A stretch of DNA of 63,831 nucleotides, filler included, from Folioceros fuciformis (Eukaryota), in NCBI GenBank assembly GCA_049999805.1. It is 4 parts of 3 records of this genome, joined end to end, with 100 filler letters (N's around TTAATTAATTAA, not from the genome) between each part and the next. Parts side by side here need not be neighbours in the genome. Positions count along the whole stretch, not along the records: positions 1 to 29,513 come from JBNGIO010006356.1; 3 more parts are not named here. One strand, written 5' to 3'. Below are positions 12,950-24,789 of this stretch, piece by piece (within the stretch, counting starts at the first letter, position 1; every line of letters starts with the position of its first letter). The position numbers and the translations under genes were made by a program. A model generated the notes under the pieces. The model ran no database searches. It saw only the letters and a list, made by a program, of their open reading frames with translations, and had not been told where the DNA came from.

Positions 12950-14480
12950 AAGATGTGGTGATCTGGGGATGGTCTGTACAGGACAGAGACGTAGAAGCGC
13001 AGCAGCTTGTGACCACTCTGAGAGTCTCATCGGTACCCGTAGCAAATGGAGAACTTGGGGATAGTCGTGAACACTTTGTTCAAACGAAGAACTGCAGCAG
13101 TTAATATGGAAAGCAGCAACGGCATCAAAGCGGCTGGTGCTAAGGCCTTTCCGGCCAACGACGAGATAGCAGCGGTATGAGGTAAAAGTCCCCGGAGCGA
13201 GTAACAACTTGGCTATCTTACTGGCTAACTTACAGAGTTGTGAAACGTCTACTTTGGCAGCTGATGCTGCTTGATGGACACAGCACCTGGAGCAAACGAC
13301 GGGCCCGGTCTGATCAAGTGCCGACGGTGCCGAAGCCGCAACAGGGTGACAAAATCTTCTCCCAATGGTTAGATCTGCCTGCGGAACAGTAAGGACAACA
13401 CTCACGTTTTCTTTGACCAACAGCGGTGGAGGTCAGTAATTGCGAGGAGCTGGACTCATCGCAGGAATTTTCATTCCTGCAACGTTTCTGAATCTGGCCT
13501 GTATGGTTGGCTGACGATTCCCAGAGTTCGGGACAAATTATTGCTATAACAGGCAACATGGACGAGCGCAGTCGTAAGAAGAATAACGGACATGTGGCCA
13601 AAAATAGATTTTGATATGGATCAAGTAGCTGACTTTCAGTCTTTTGAATGGTCTCTTGCAGAATCTTCATCAGTTCCATTTAATTCCGTGTGTGTATGCA
13701 AGATCAGAGGCAGATGACGGTTGGTAGCAACATGCAGATATGTCACAGATGACAGAAAACGGACCCGAGTTCCGAACCAGTGAGCGATGGGGAATTAAGC
13801 ATCCGCTTAGGACTCTCAAGGTTGTGCAAATCTGAAAGTCAATGGTAAGTAAGTATTCACCGGACTCTCCCCTCAGTGTGCTGACGGGAGAGTTTTACAA
13901 AAATGACAGAACATGGACTTGTCCAGTTCAGCTGTTAGATCCTCTAAATCGAATGGCAAGAGGAATGTATGTTTACAGGCCCCCTTTACAACCCTGTAAT
14001 GCCATAATACAAACAGACGCATAGCAGCACTGAATTAGATTCGCTTCTCGTTCCCGAAGGTGCAAGGAGCTGCCTTTGGGATGTCACATAGCATGGGACC
14101 CGCCTTGCTCAAGCCCAGCTCTCATGCAATGAAGATCAGTTGTAACTTAACTTTACACAACAGCACAAAGAGGACGGCGGAGGAAAACCTATTGCGATTG
14201 CTTGCGGGCACATGCTTTGCTTTGTGGCAGTAAGTCTTTGACGGGATATGCGTTGGTCCCGCTCGCTCCTTTCACAGAAAGTTCTCTGCCCACACAGCGG
14301 GGGATGAGAACGTGAGCGAGATAAGTGTGCAGCAGAAAAGACAAGCAACGTGTTTTTTGGCGCAAAGAAACTCAATGTTAGACGCTAGCTAACTGATGAG
14401 AGAAGCACCACAAGAAGAGAAGCAAGGCAAGCAGCCACAAAGCTGGGCTATCGCACACGGTTGTGAAGAAACAGACAGTA

Positions 14481-15977
14481 CTAAACCCAAGTCAAGACAC
14501 CAAACGAGGAGAGAGCGAAGAAATGGATGAAGAAGCCATGGAACGAACCAGCGCAGGACAAGAGCAGCCGGACCACCTCCTCAAACCCGTTAGCCGAGCA
14601 AGTGGGCAGATGGGCGTAGGAAGGAAGCGGGGGGGACAGGGGGATAACATTCTGCACAATGCAGGCATAGGCAGCAGCAGCAGCAGCGGCAGCGGCAGCA
14701 TCAGCGTCACAATTACCGTTACCGGCGCCGCCGTGCTTGGCATGCTTCAGCTTTGCAAGCTCCACCTGCGCCTGGATGAAGAGTTGCATCCTCTGCAGCT
14801 CCAGGTCCTTGGTGAACTCCATGCGCTGCTTCTCCAGCTCCGTGAGCTGCCGCTGCTTGGCGCTCTCGATCCTCTCGTACACCTCCCCGAACTTGATGAT
14901 GGCTCTGGCCAGGTCCTTGTAAGGACCATCCTGCAATTTGCGCTTCTTGAAGCTCTTGGCCTCGGTGGCCCTGTCGCTGGGCCCGGGGCCGAGCCCGTTC
15001 CCGGATCCAGGCCCAGGGCCCGTCCCGGGAGCCGCCCCGCCGCCATTGTTCCCATCCTCCTTGCCCTTCTTGTTCTTGTTACCGCGCGAACCCGCCACCG
15101 CCCCCGCCGCTCCCCCGCCCCCTTCCTCCCCGAGCGCGTGCGGGCAGCTGTCCGTCATGTCCGGGCTCTCCTTGGATTTGGTGCTCCCGGAGCCCGCAGG
15201 TCCATTGTTCTGCGCCGGGGGGGCGGCAGGCAGCAGCAACCCTGCCATCCTCGTCTCGTCCTCATTACCGCGCGGCTGCCCCTTCTGCTGCAACTGCTGT
15301 TGTTGCTGCTGCTGTGGCAGCTGCAGCTGCTGATGCTTCTGCTTCTGCTGATGCGGGGCAGGCGAGCCCCCGGCAGACCTGACCCCCTTGTCCCCGCCGC
15401 CTGCCGGCAGCTGCTTCTTGTGCTTCCGGGATGTCCCGATGAGCTCGTCCAATTTGCGGAAGAAGGGCCACTTGCTGCTGGCCCCGGGCATGGTGGTGGG
15501 GATGGCGCTCCCGTGGCCATTCCCGCTGCCATTGCCAGCATTGCCGGCAGCCTCGGCCAATTTGATCTTCTCCAATTTGTACTTCTTCTTGAGCGTGTCC
15601 AGCCGATTCTTGCACTGCACGTCGGTCTTGGCCGCCTTGCCCTCCTCCCGGACGTTGACGGCGTCCGCCACCTCCTTCCAGTGCTTCTGCTTCAGATTAC
15701 CCCGGTTTAGCTCCACATAATGCGCGCCCCAGGCTTGGATGAGCGTGAAGGTGGCAGCTTCGCTCCAGCAATCCTCCCGCCCCCCGGCTGCGGACGCGGC
15801 TCCAACTCCACCTCCCCCTCCACCCACCACCTTCTCGCTGTCCGCGGCGCCCGCCACGCCCACGCCACCGCCCACCCCGCCCGCGCGGGTCTGCACCGGG
15901 AGCGAGAGGGTAAGGGCGGCAGCGGCAGCGGCAGCGGCGGAGGCAGTGGTGCAGCCCCGGCTCTGGACCTCCTCCAT
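14481..15977 (-). CDS. Trihelix transcription factor, SIP1/ASIL-like clade
   Basis: [18 protein letters not shown]...[17 protein letters not shown]...[25 protein letters not shown], and a C-terminal coiled coil [33 protein letters not shown]. First ATG is at 15977. The 3' end may be spliced near 14720 (GGTAAC). Confidence 0.92.
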   Translation of the reverse strand: MEEVQSRGCTTASAAAAAAAALTLSLPVQTRAGGVGGGVGVAGAADSEKVVGGGGGGVGAASAAGGREDCWSEAATFTLIQAWGAHYVELNRGNLKQKHWKEVADAVNVREEGKAAKTDVQCKNRLDTLKKKYKLEKIKLAEAAGNAGNGSGNGHGSAIPTTMPGASSKWPFFRKLDELIGTSRKHKKQLPAGGGDKGVRSAGGSPAPHQQKQKHQQLQLPQQQQQQQLQQKGQPRGNEDETRMAGLLLPAAPPAQNNGPAGSGSTKSKESPDMTDSCPHALGEEGGGGAAGAVAGSRGNKNKKGKEDGNNGGGAAPGTGPGPGSGNGLGPGPSDRATEAKSFKKRKLQDGPYKDLARAIIKFGEVYERIESAKQRQLTELEKQRMEFTKDLELQRMQLFIQAQVELAKLKHAKHGGAGNGNCDADAAAAAAAAAAYACIVQNVIPLSPPLPSYAHLPTCSANGFEEVVRLLLSCAGSFHGFFIHFFALSSFGVLTWV

Positions 15978-16639
15978 CACAAGCTCGGAGCGGCCCCGCG
16001 GCCAGCAGGCCCCCGACGGGACCAGGGCGGCCCAGCCCTGCACCTAGTCGGAGTCGAGTCCGAGTCCGAAGTCACTGCCACTCTAGCGCTGCCCGTTGCC
16101 CGTTGCCGGAGGCGCCATGGCAATTGCGGTCAATGTAGGAGCAAGAGCAGGAGGCGCGGGCGGGGCTGCTGGCAGCGAGCCGGTGCCGGCGGGAGGCGCC
16201 ATTTTCGGGCTGCTGCCGGCAACCCCATCACTACGCTGCGCAGCGCACTGCTCACAGCTCACTGCGATAGGTAGTTGGCCAGCCCAGACTACTTCCGGCG
16301 GCAGCAGCAGCAGCAACGCAACAGCGGCAGCACACACTGTGAAGTGGGATGTCAGAATCGGGCCGCACTCTCTCTCGCCACCCTCTGTGCTCTTCCCGCT
16401 GCTGGTTCTGCTCCTGCTGCTGCTGCTGGCTGGTCCAGTACCACTCTCTTATGGTTCTGCTGCCACCACTCTCGAAACGACACACCTCAGCACAGCACAG
16501 CACTGCCCAGCCCAGGCCAGCCCTGAACAGCAGGCAAGGCAAGGCAAGCCCAGCCCAGAGCAGACCCGGCCCGGCTCAGGCTGCTGCAACCCCGCTTCGC
16601 TCTCTACAGCGCGCTTATCAATGCCATGGCAGGCCACCA

Positions 16640-16717
16640 GGAGTCGACGAGACGAGTCGAGTCGAGTTGGAGTCGACGAGACGAGTCGAGTCGAGTCGGG
16701 AGACTCGAAACTCGAGC
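16640..16717. repeat. GAGTC/GTCGAC-rich short tandem repeat upstream of the trihelix gene
   Basis: gagtcgacgagacgagtcgagtcgagt occurs twice in tandem. A related (GAGTCC)n run lies at ~16047-16068. Confidence 0.7.
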
Positions 16718-17123
16718 AGTTGCCTTCTCTCCCGTCAGAACGTACCGCCACTTTTGACCGTGCCGCGTAACCAGACTGCGTTAGCCTTGAAATCCCTCCA
16801 AACGGCCCAAACAGACGCGCAGTATCTCTCACTTTCTTTTCCGGACCGCCCTGTCCCCGCAGTCCCGCACTCGCCCCAACGCCCGCCATTTCGGTCACTA
16901 AACTTTTCCCTTTCTCTCATGTCATTCAACACCAAGACCTACCACAAATAAAAGCACCCCAAACCTTGCCCATCGAAACTTTTACATTTTTTTTTCTTTT
17001 CCGAATCTGGTCTTTTTTTTTTTTAACTTATTACTCTACCTTCAACGAAAAAATAGAGGTATTAACTAACATACAAACCTAATAAAGTACAAAAAGAGAG
17101 CAATCAATTCACCTATCCATCAT

Positions 17124-18698
17124 TCAATGCGAGCTTCTACTTCTATGACTTGTATCGCCACGTGAGAGCTTTGTAAGAGTGTGAGAGATCTCATGTTTGT
17201 TCTTTTCACAAATATACCAAATTTCTTGGATTCTTTCTCTATTCATCTTGATCATCCATTTTAGGCTATCGTCTGTAAGCGTCTTCCACATATCCTCCTC
17301 CTTGTGCATTTTTCTGTCCTCAGATGAATCCACTTTTAGTGTGTGTGCGTCATGTGATGCTGAAATAGCACCCATGATCACGTCCTTGTCGCGCAACAAT
17401 GCTCTAGCCACATCATTCTTCACCTCTTCCACATCATTGATTGAGTAATACTCCAAAAGACCTATAGCTTGAGCTATAATTGCTTCAGAGCATTGGTTTT
17501 CTGCAGTTCTGAGACCTCCAAAATAGTTTGCATAATGTTGCTTGTTTTCATCTACTATGATCTGATAGAGTTCATCAAATTCATGCCACAAATCTTGGAC
17601 TTCACCAAAGCATTGGAATTCAAGATCCATTAGTTTTCTTTGAAATGCCTCATTTTCATCTAATAAGTTCTTGAGTTTAGTCTCCATATGAGTTGCATCG
17701 TATTGAACTTCCAACAAAATTTTCTTCTTGTTTTTGTTCAAGGTCGTGACAAGGTCTCTAGCCTCTTGATCTTTGCGCCCAGTGCAATCATGCATGGAAA
17801 CCTTCCAGAGTCTAACCTCCTCTAGTTTTCGTTTATGTTGTGCCACTATAAGAGTTTTTAGCTCTTGGCATAAAACTAAATATCTTTCATGGAAATCTGC
17901 TAATGGATCCAAAAGTGTCGGGACTATACTTAACTTGTGGTATTCTGGATCTTCTTTCAACATTTCATCATAAATGGAGTCAATTCCATCCAGGTTGCAT
18001 TCAAAAAATAGAATCTTTTCAGCTGCCTTTGCAATTTTGCTTTCTTGTTCCAGATCATGCTTTTGATCTTTACCTTGGAGTTCAAGCAACTCATCCTGGT
18101 ATTGATCCCTTGCTGCACCGAGAAGTAAGACATCTACTAAGTGGTGATCCAAAAAGAGCAAATTGGTGAGGTGTGCCAGCACATACCCTTTGTATTCTGG
18201 ATCCGGACATATGGGATTTCCACTCAATGTAAGCAGCCTTAGTTTCTTAAAGGGCCGGAGGTACAGCACATTCTCCAAGTTCTTAATGCGATTATTTCCC
18301 AAAGAAAGAGATTCTAAGTTCATCTCTTGTTCATCCAAGTTCTCAATTACATCGACCTGGTTTTGATAGAAGGACAAGTTGATCAACCTGGTCAAGGTGT
18401 TAATCCCCTCGATTTTCTTGATCTTATTGAAGGACAGGTCGAGCGTGGTCAAGTGAACAAGTTGTTCCAACTTCTCCACCTTGGTCAAATTGCAGTTATC
18501 AAGCTTTAACGTTGTCAAGGAGTGAAGGCCGTGAAGGAAGTCCACCTCCCTAATCCCCTTGAAGGAGAACACAAGCGCAGTGACTTTGGCCAGGGGTATA
18601 ATCTTCTTGCGCTCCGCATTGTCCTCCCCCGAGCCATGTTCGATCTTGATACATGCCCGCAGCACTTCATCGGATATGGCCCTGTCCTCCTGCGGCAT
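17124..18698 (-). CDS. DRC3: Dynein regulatory complex subunit 3 (LRRC48), flagellar protein; intronless coding region
   Basis: ~524-aa ORF with SDS22-type LRRs (LTTLKLDNCNLTKVEKL, LDLSFNKIKKIEG, LSLGNNRIKNLENVLYLRPFKKLRLLTLSGNP) followed by a long coiled coil ending in NRERIQEI. Confidence 0.85.
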   Translation of the reverse strand: MPQEDRAISDEVLRACIKIEHGSGEDNAERKKIIPLAKVTALVFSFKGIREVDFLHGLHSLTTLKLDNCNLTKVEKLEQLVHLTTLDLSFNKIKKIEGINTLTRLINLSFYQNQVDVIENLDEQEMNLESLSLGNNRIKNLENVLYLRPFKKLRLLTLSGNPICPDPEYKGYVLAHLTNLLFLDHHLVDVLLLGAARDQYQDELLELQGKDQKHDLEQESKIAKAAEKILFFECNLDGIDSIYDEMLKEDPEYHKLSIVPTLLDPLADFHERYLVLCQELKTLIVAQHKRKLEEVRLWKVSMHDCTGRKDQEARDLVTTLNKNKKKILLEVQYDATHMETKLKNLLDENEAFQRKLMDLEFQCFGEVQDLWHEFDELYQIIVDENKQHYANYFGGLRTAENQCSEAIIAQAIGLLEYYSINDVEEVKNDVARALLRDKDVIMGAISASHDAHTLKVDSSEDRKMHKEEDMWKTLTDDSLKWMIKMNRERIQEIWYICEKNKHEISHTLTKLSRGDTSHRSRSSH

Positions 18699-19779
18699 TT
18701 TCACCTATGCACAGCCTTCGGTGTCCTGAGAGGAACGATATCCATGCAACTCATCCCATACGGATCACAGCTTCATCGTCCTAGTCCCTGCTCCCACATC
18801 CCGCGCGGCCGCATAATAACCATGTCTTGAGCTCCAGCCCCAGCCTGAGCCCCAGCCCGGGCCCCCGCCCCTGCCACAAGGCGCACGGCACGAAAACTTG
18901 TTCCATTAGGGTTTTCATTGTGCTGTTTCTGTGAGGAATAAATGCCGGCTCACCTAACCAGCGTCACGAGGCTCGTACTCCGGATCCCGTACAGGCGNNN
19001 NNNNNNNNNNNNNNNNNNNNNNNNNNNNNNNNNNNNNNNNNNNNNNNNNNNNNNNNNNNNNNNNNNNNNNNNNNNNNNNNNNNNNNNNNNNNNNNNNAGT
19101 CACGCGTTCCCCGGCTCGCCCTGCTTTCTGCCATTCTGCTACATGTTTTCTTTTTTGAAAATTCGGCGGTGACGCCGCTGCAAGTCTGGAATTAGTCACA
19201 CTTGGCTGGTGCCATCTCGATGTGCGGTAAAGCAAACACCGGCTTTGCGGGGGGCTTCCATTCCGTGGGCTGGTGTGTCACTCACCCTCTGTGAATCATA
19301 TGCATGTACCACCCTCGAACCGGAAGCCTTGTTAAGAGTGGGTCGTGATTGGTGATCGTCCTGGACAAAGTATGCAAGGAGGAATACAATATTGGAGAAG
19401 ACTCGCAACCGCTCATGGCATTATGCACTGCTTTGACAGAATCGAAGTAGTCTATCGGATGTCATATGGCTTTGCAACTTTGCACAGTCTAGGGGAAGCT
19501 GAAGCTTGGCCTTGTGCTACCGGGAAGGCAACGGTGAAGATGGTTGCACTCCCAGGGGACATGCATTCAGATGCTGGCAAAGCGTGAGCAGGCGGAAGCA
19601 CATGGTACACACAGGCGTATGCCTGTTACGTTGGACATGGGCCATGAACGTTAACGTGTCTGTACAGGACACTATCCTACTCCTATGCTGCCACAACTGT
19701 ACAGTCACTATGTAGGCGGCAAGCTACGAGTTGGTGTTGGCTTGGCATGGCATGGCTTCCAGCTGGGTTGGTCGGTTTC

Positions 19780-21080
19780 TCAAAACGCCGTGGCCCAGGA
19801 AGCCCCGCTGCCCACGCGGGGGAAATGAGGAGCATCCTCCATGTTGGCCACATCCACCTGAAAGAGGGCTCCGCAGGCCTGGCCTTGGGTGTCCACTCCT
19901 GCCACGCACTTCACCGAGTGAAGAGGGTGCTCGAAGCTGTGCAGGCCGCCCACGCTGCTGAAGAAGCAGCCTGTCAAGCCACCACGGTGCAAGCTGGTTG
20001 GCAAACATGTACTCGGAGAGAGCATGCAGCCGATGCGAGACGTGGGATGTGAGGGGAGGGCAGGGATTACCAACCTGCCGGGAAGGGAGAGCAGGTCTTG
20101 CCGCATCCTTCCTTGAGCACGCACATGTTCCCTGAGAACGCGAGAGCTCCGTCCGCTGTGGTGCCCCAGTACATGGGTATCTTGCCGTGGGAGTCCTGAG
20201 AGGGTTGCCGACAACTGTCTGTCAGGAACTCACAATTCGGGCATGCTAGAGCCATATGCGCAATCAATATTCGATCGGCAAGGCCACTGACAGCGGCTAC
20301 AAAGACGGTGCGGGTTGTGGAGTCGAAGATTTGGAAGGCGAAGTAGCCGCCCAACGACTTCACCACTTGGTCGGGCGGGTAGGGAGCGCGGTCGCGCATG
20401 GATCGGTACATCTCAATCACCTGGACCGCCTCGTTCACTCCCTTGGATAGCCCGTACTGGCGGCGAAGCTGAGGGAGGTTCTCCAGATTGCCCTCGAACA
20501 CGCAAAAGATGCCGTCCACCACGCCCAAGGACCTGCCACAATTCTAGAAGTTTTTCACTTAATCCCTCCGCCCCACTGCGAGCTAGATTCAGCTCCCAGC
20601 CTCGGCCTGCGGGTGTGTTAGAAAGCAGAGACGAGCTGGGCATCGTCGGTGAAGCTGGACCTTAGACCAGACTCCAGAGACCGTTCTAGCCAAGATTTTA
20701 TCCTGGCTGCCATGGATAGATAAGCATTGAAATCCAACGCCAGCTTTGCCAAGCACAAAATACACAAGTTTATGAGAGGCTGGCCACAGAGGTCGCAGCT
20801 GCCGGAAACAGATACCAACTGATTCCAAGAACTTCCACATCAATTTAATTGGGATGCTTGCAGGGATGGGCACGCTCGCGCACCTTGGTCTTGGAAGGCT
20901 CTGGTTTTTGTGGGTGACGGCCATGGCACTCACATCGTCAAATTGCACTGTGATTGCATGCGGATCTGCTGCTCTAAACTCTGCCAGGATGTCTCCACTG
21001 CGCCGAGGTCGGTGATATGCATCGTGCCGCGCAAGCTCCGGGGGAGCCCGCACACAATTTTTGTTGAACACGCCCAGCAT
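19780..21080 (-). CDS. Stem-specific protein TSJT1 / Wali7 / aluminium-induced protein (YGL and LRDR motifs, DUF3700); 4 exons
   Basis: MLGVFNKNCVRAPPEL, GIFCVFEGNLENLPQLRRQYGLSK, VIEMYRSMRDRAPYPPDQVV, MYWGTTADG, FPAGCFFSSVGGLHSFEHP and PRVGSGASW. Confidence 0.93.
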
Positions 21081-21493
21081 GGGTGCTGAATGGAGGAGAA
21101 TCTCGACTCTTTGAGATGCCGACTTTCAGGCGCTGGCCTGCTTTCACCAAAGCGTTTCGCATGCCAGATTTCGACGTGGTGGCACTCACAGCAAATCGGG
21201 CATGGTCGTCTGAGTCATTGCAGTGGATGAACTTCCAACTGCAGTCTCGTGGCACACGGTGGTACAATAGTGGGCAGAGCATGCAGCACGGCCGGTGTTC
21301 ACTGGATAGCTGTTACGGGCGGCATTTCTAGATCATTTCTGGAAAAGGCTCCATCACACAACCTGTACTGCGTTCTCAGAAATCACACTTATGGCTCCAG
21401 GATATTAGCCAATAGGCAACGGCAGGAGGAAAGCTAATACAAAGGTGGGACAAGACATAAATCTAGAATCAGCAACAAGGTGAACTGAGTGCT

Positions 21494-22390
21494 TCAACGA
21501 CTCTTTCTCCATATGGTTTCAGGCTTGTTCAGCTTCATGGCTGTGTATCTCGCAGCCGTGAACAGGTAGTCGCTCAACCTGTTCAAGTATATTGACACAG
21601 AAGGCTCCACCAGATCTGCAGCTACCAGAGTTACCACTCTCCTCTCTGCCCTCCTGCACACAGATCTTGCCAGGTGCAGTGCAGCTGCTGGCAGTCCACC
21701 GGAGGGCAATATGAAGTTGGACAGAGCGGGGAGCTCCTCATCCATAGCGTCTATCCACTTCTCAAGTGTCTCCACAGCCTTGCCATCAAACTTCACTCTT
21801 GCAACCTTAGAAGCGGAACCGCTATTCAGAGGGGTGGCAATAGCTGACCCTATGTCCAGTAGCCGAGACTGGATTTCCTCAATCTGCTCCATGGTGGAGG
21901 ATATGGATGCCTGCGAGCAATACTCGTGAGCAAATCCCAAAGCACTGTTAACTTCGTCCACATCACCCAGAGCCTCAAATGTGTCATCATCCTTTCTCCG
22001 TCTTTGCCCATCGTAGAGCGAGGACGTACCTTTGTCACCTGTCTTTGTGTAGATCTTGAAACGACTAGCAGAAGTGGGAGTTGCAGGAGGAGCAGTGGAG
22101 GCATCGGAGGTTGCAGGTATGGGAGCCATCTCAGAGGAGGAAGATGTCATACAGCAAACAGACGAGCTCCCACGAAGAAAAGGGAGGAATGCGGATCTCT
22201 TAAAACCGGGAGAGGCAGCAGTAGGGGCAAAAGGTGGAGACAGGGAAGACGACTGTGCAGAGCGGCCAAAGGCTGTTGAAGACCTAAACCACGGCAAAGG
22301 CAAACCTCTTGCACCAGATGGAGGACCCACTAAGGCACACACTGCTCGAGAGGCCTTGATCGTGAAGGAAACCGTCCTCGTTACCGACAT
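21494..22390 (-). CDS. MMAB: ATP:cob(I)alamin adenosyltransferase (PduO/MMAB/CblB type) with predicted organellar targeting peptide; intronless
   Basis: FKIYTKTGDKGTSSLY, FEALGDVDEVNSALG, IQSRLLDIG, FILPSGG, LHLARSVCRRAERRVV and YLNRLSDYLFTAARY. The ~110-aa N-terminal extension is Ser/Arg/Ala-rich. Confidence 0.95.
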   Translation of the reverse strand: MSVTRTVSFTIKASRAVCALVGPPSGARGLPLPWFRSSTAFGRSAQSSSLSPPFAPTAASPGFKRSAFLPFLRGSSSVCCMTSSSSEMAPIPATSDASTAPPATPTSASRFKIYTKTGDKGTSSLYDGQRRRKDDDTFEALGDVDEVNSALGFAHEYCSQASISSTMEQIEEIQSRLLDIGSAIATPLNSGSASKVARVKFDGKAVETLEKWIDAMDEELPALSNFILPSGGLPAAALHLARSVCRRAERRVVTLVAADLVEPSVSIYLNRLSDYLFTAARYTAMKLNKPETIWRKSR

Positions 22391-23889
22391 TCCCAGGCTT
22401 CAAATCTGTACCACAGGCAAGGATTTCGAGGCAACCCGGACGACGCAACCGAGATGGTATCAATGTGGACAGTGTTCAACCCGCACCACTCCTGGCCGGA
22501 AACGTCCAGATATACTGTGTGATCTGCAAAAAGGAGGCGGCACTGAGGGCATCGTGACACGAACATGAACCAAACCTAAACCACATAGCAGACGGGGGAG
22601 ATACTGTGGGCTCACCGGCTTCAACCTAGGGTGCGACGAACATGTATCAGGTCTTGCCCTTTTTCACCTTGTGGATGCCCTTCTTGACGACGTGCTTGAC
22701 ACTACTCACGCCTTTGTTGAAGGCATGAGTAACCTTATGGAAGCCCTTCTTGATGAAGTGAATAAACTGCGGCATCCTGCTTTCCTGCCCCCAATCACAA
22801 AAACAACCCGATCCCAGAGCACGGCAGCTGTAGCTGTTGATAGACCACTACATGAGCCAGCAAACAGCGATCGTGAAATCGTGCGATTCACGCATCCAGC
22901 AGGTCTACAGGTCGACACACACGACACTGTAGTGACGGTGAGCTGGCCACCGTGGTTTAGATGACCAATCTTAAACAAACATGGTTAGACGAAAATGAGC
23001 TCGTACAAACAGTTATGTTAAATAAAAATCACATCTGTAATCTGGTAACTGTAGTTAAGGCTTGGGGAAGTGGAGTTGATGACTTCCGTTCCGCAGCATG
23101 GGAGTAGCCAGCAGTATCTAAGTTTTTGTCCTGCTTTCATCACGGTGTCAAGACTTTGTCGTGCTTTCATCACTGTAACAAGGTTACAAACAAAAGGCTC
23201 GCCTCCTCTGCCTGGAACATGTATGGCCACCGACTGCAGCAATCAGCCTGAGGTTCATGGAACCAATTTAACAATAGAAAGTGCCTGCAACGAGAGGAAT
23301 CTACGTGTCATGGGGGGCGAAGCTCTCCTCGGGCTGTTGTTTGACCAACCTATCATGCAGCAATCAAGTCTGACGTCCCTGGAACCAGTTTAACCATAGC
23401 TGCACTGTATGTAACAAGAGGATTTATTGACAAGGTGTCGTGCGGCAGGAGCACCCCGGGCCATTCAATTGATGAGGAAAACACCTAGCTTGCTCCCACC
23501 GGTTCCATCAATGTTCAGGAGAAGAGGTGTGGAAGCTAGTTCTGGGTAGGGATATGGGAAGACTGTACATCGCGGTGGCTTGCCTACGAAGGTAGCTTGT
23601 TACCCTTGCAGCAGACCTCGGCGAAGCCCCTTTTTCTCAACAACTTTGCCCCTAAAAGGGGCATTTTTCAAATAAATGGCTTTGAGCCTCCAACTCAAGT
23701 GAAAAAAAGTGACACCTAGGAATCATAGTTTTTGAAAAAAATGGCTTTTAGATTTTTTTCCGAAGAAAAAAATGACTTTCTACTCTATATACTAAAAATA
23801 TATATCTTCAATATGTATTAAACTTTATTTTAAAAACTTAAGTATGTTAATACACGTGAGAATTAACAGAGAATTAATATACTTAAGTA

Positions 23890-24698
23890 ATTCTCTGAAG
23901 TCAATAGGAGAACTTTTCGGCTTAGCTGAGTCCACTCCCTCTACACTCACTTGTTGATTTGTGAAGGCTTTGAACAAGGCAGTAAGAAAGCATATTTCTT
24001 GGCCAAAAGGCGATGCCCTGGAACGAACTAGAGCAGCTCACCAGGGCTTGCTGAATTGTGTGGGTGCTATCGATGTGACTCACGTGTCCATAAAGTTGCC
24101 TTCCAAGCTCATGGCTACTGATTACTTCAATAGAAACCACAACTACAGTGTGTGCATAAAGACAATTGTTAACATGGATATGGAATTTCTCGATGTGTTT
24201 TGTGTTTCCAATTCAAGTTTTTATAAGAAAGCAGAAATTGGACAAGTGCCCCAAGGAGAATGTGTGCTTTCTTCTATTGGTATTCCTATGAGGGAATATA
24301 TCATCGGAGATGCGGGGTACCCCGCTCTACCATGGATAGTAACACCTTATCCTAGGAGAGGCATGACATAGTTGTAGAATTATTTCAACTTCAAGCACTC
24401 ATCTAGTCGAATTATTCTGGAACATGCATTTGGAAAGCTGAAGACTACTTGGCGCATTCTTTCAAGAACTATATAGAGGCCTGTTTTGAAGAATGTGGTA
24501 TCTCGTATCTTGTGTTGTTGTTATCTTCAGAACATTTTGATAGCTAGAAAAGACATTGTACCCTCTCTTGTAGAGGAAACTATTGTACATGATGCAGGCT
24601 ATCATACAGTTCCTGTTAAGAATAGAAATCGAGAGAATGAACACTTGAGATCTACGTTGGCAAACCACATTTGGAGTGAATGTGCGTTTTCCATTTAA
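23890..24698 (+). mobile_element. Decayed PIF/Harbinger transposase (DDE_Tnp_4/HARBI1-like)
   Basis: IGELFGLAEST, NCVGAIDVTHV, DYFNRNHNYS, YIIGDAGYP and FNFKHSSSRIILEHAFGKLKTTWRIL. Several in-frame stops (e.g. 24369) and an internal deletion. Confidence 0.9.
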
Positions 24699-24789
24699 TA
24701 GCTTACAATCTGTCTACAATTTATCTCCAATTTTGTGGAGGGCATCACTGAGTGTGCCGGACACTTTTAACATTCCATCAGTCAACATG

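Noticed and set aside
12941..13679. Minus-strand ORFs of 121-159 aa
   Set aside because: No homology recognised; may be UTR or intergenic sequence.
14463..15710. 415-aa plus-strand ORF antisense to the trihelix gene
   Set aside because: Shadow ORF caused by high GC and codon bias; no recognisable domain.
7315..22390. YjjX, MMAB and neighbours as a prokaryote-derived gene cluster
   Set aside because: The genes are separated by unrelated plant genes, share no pathway and have different intron states; there is no operon-like evidence.
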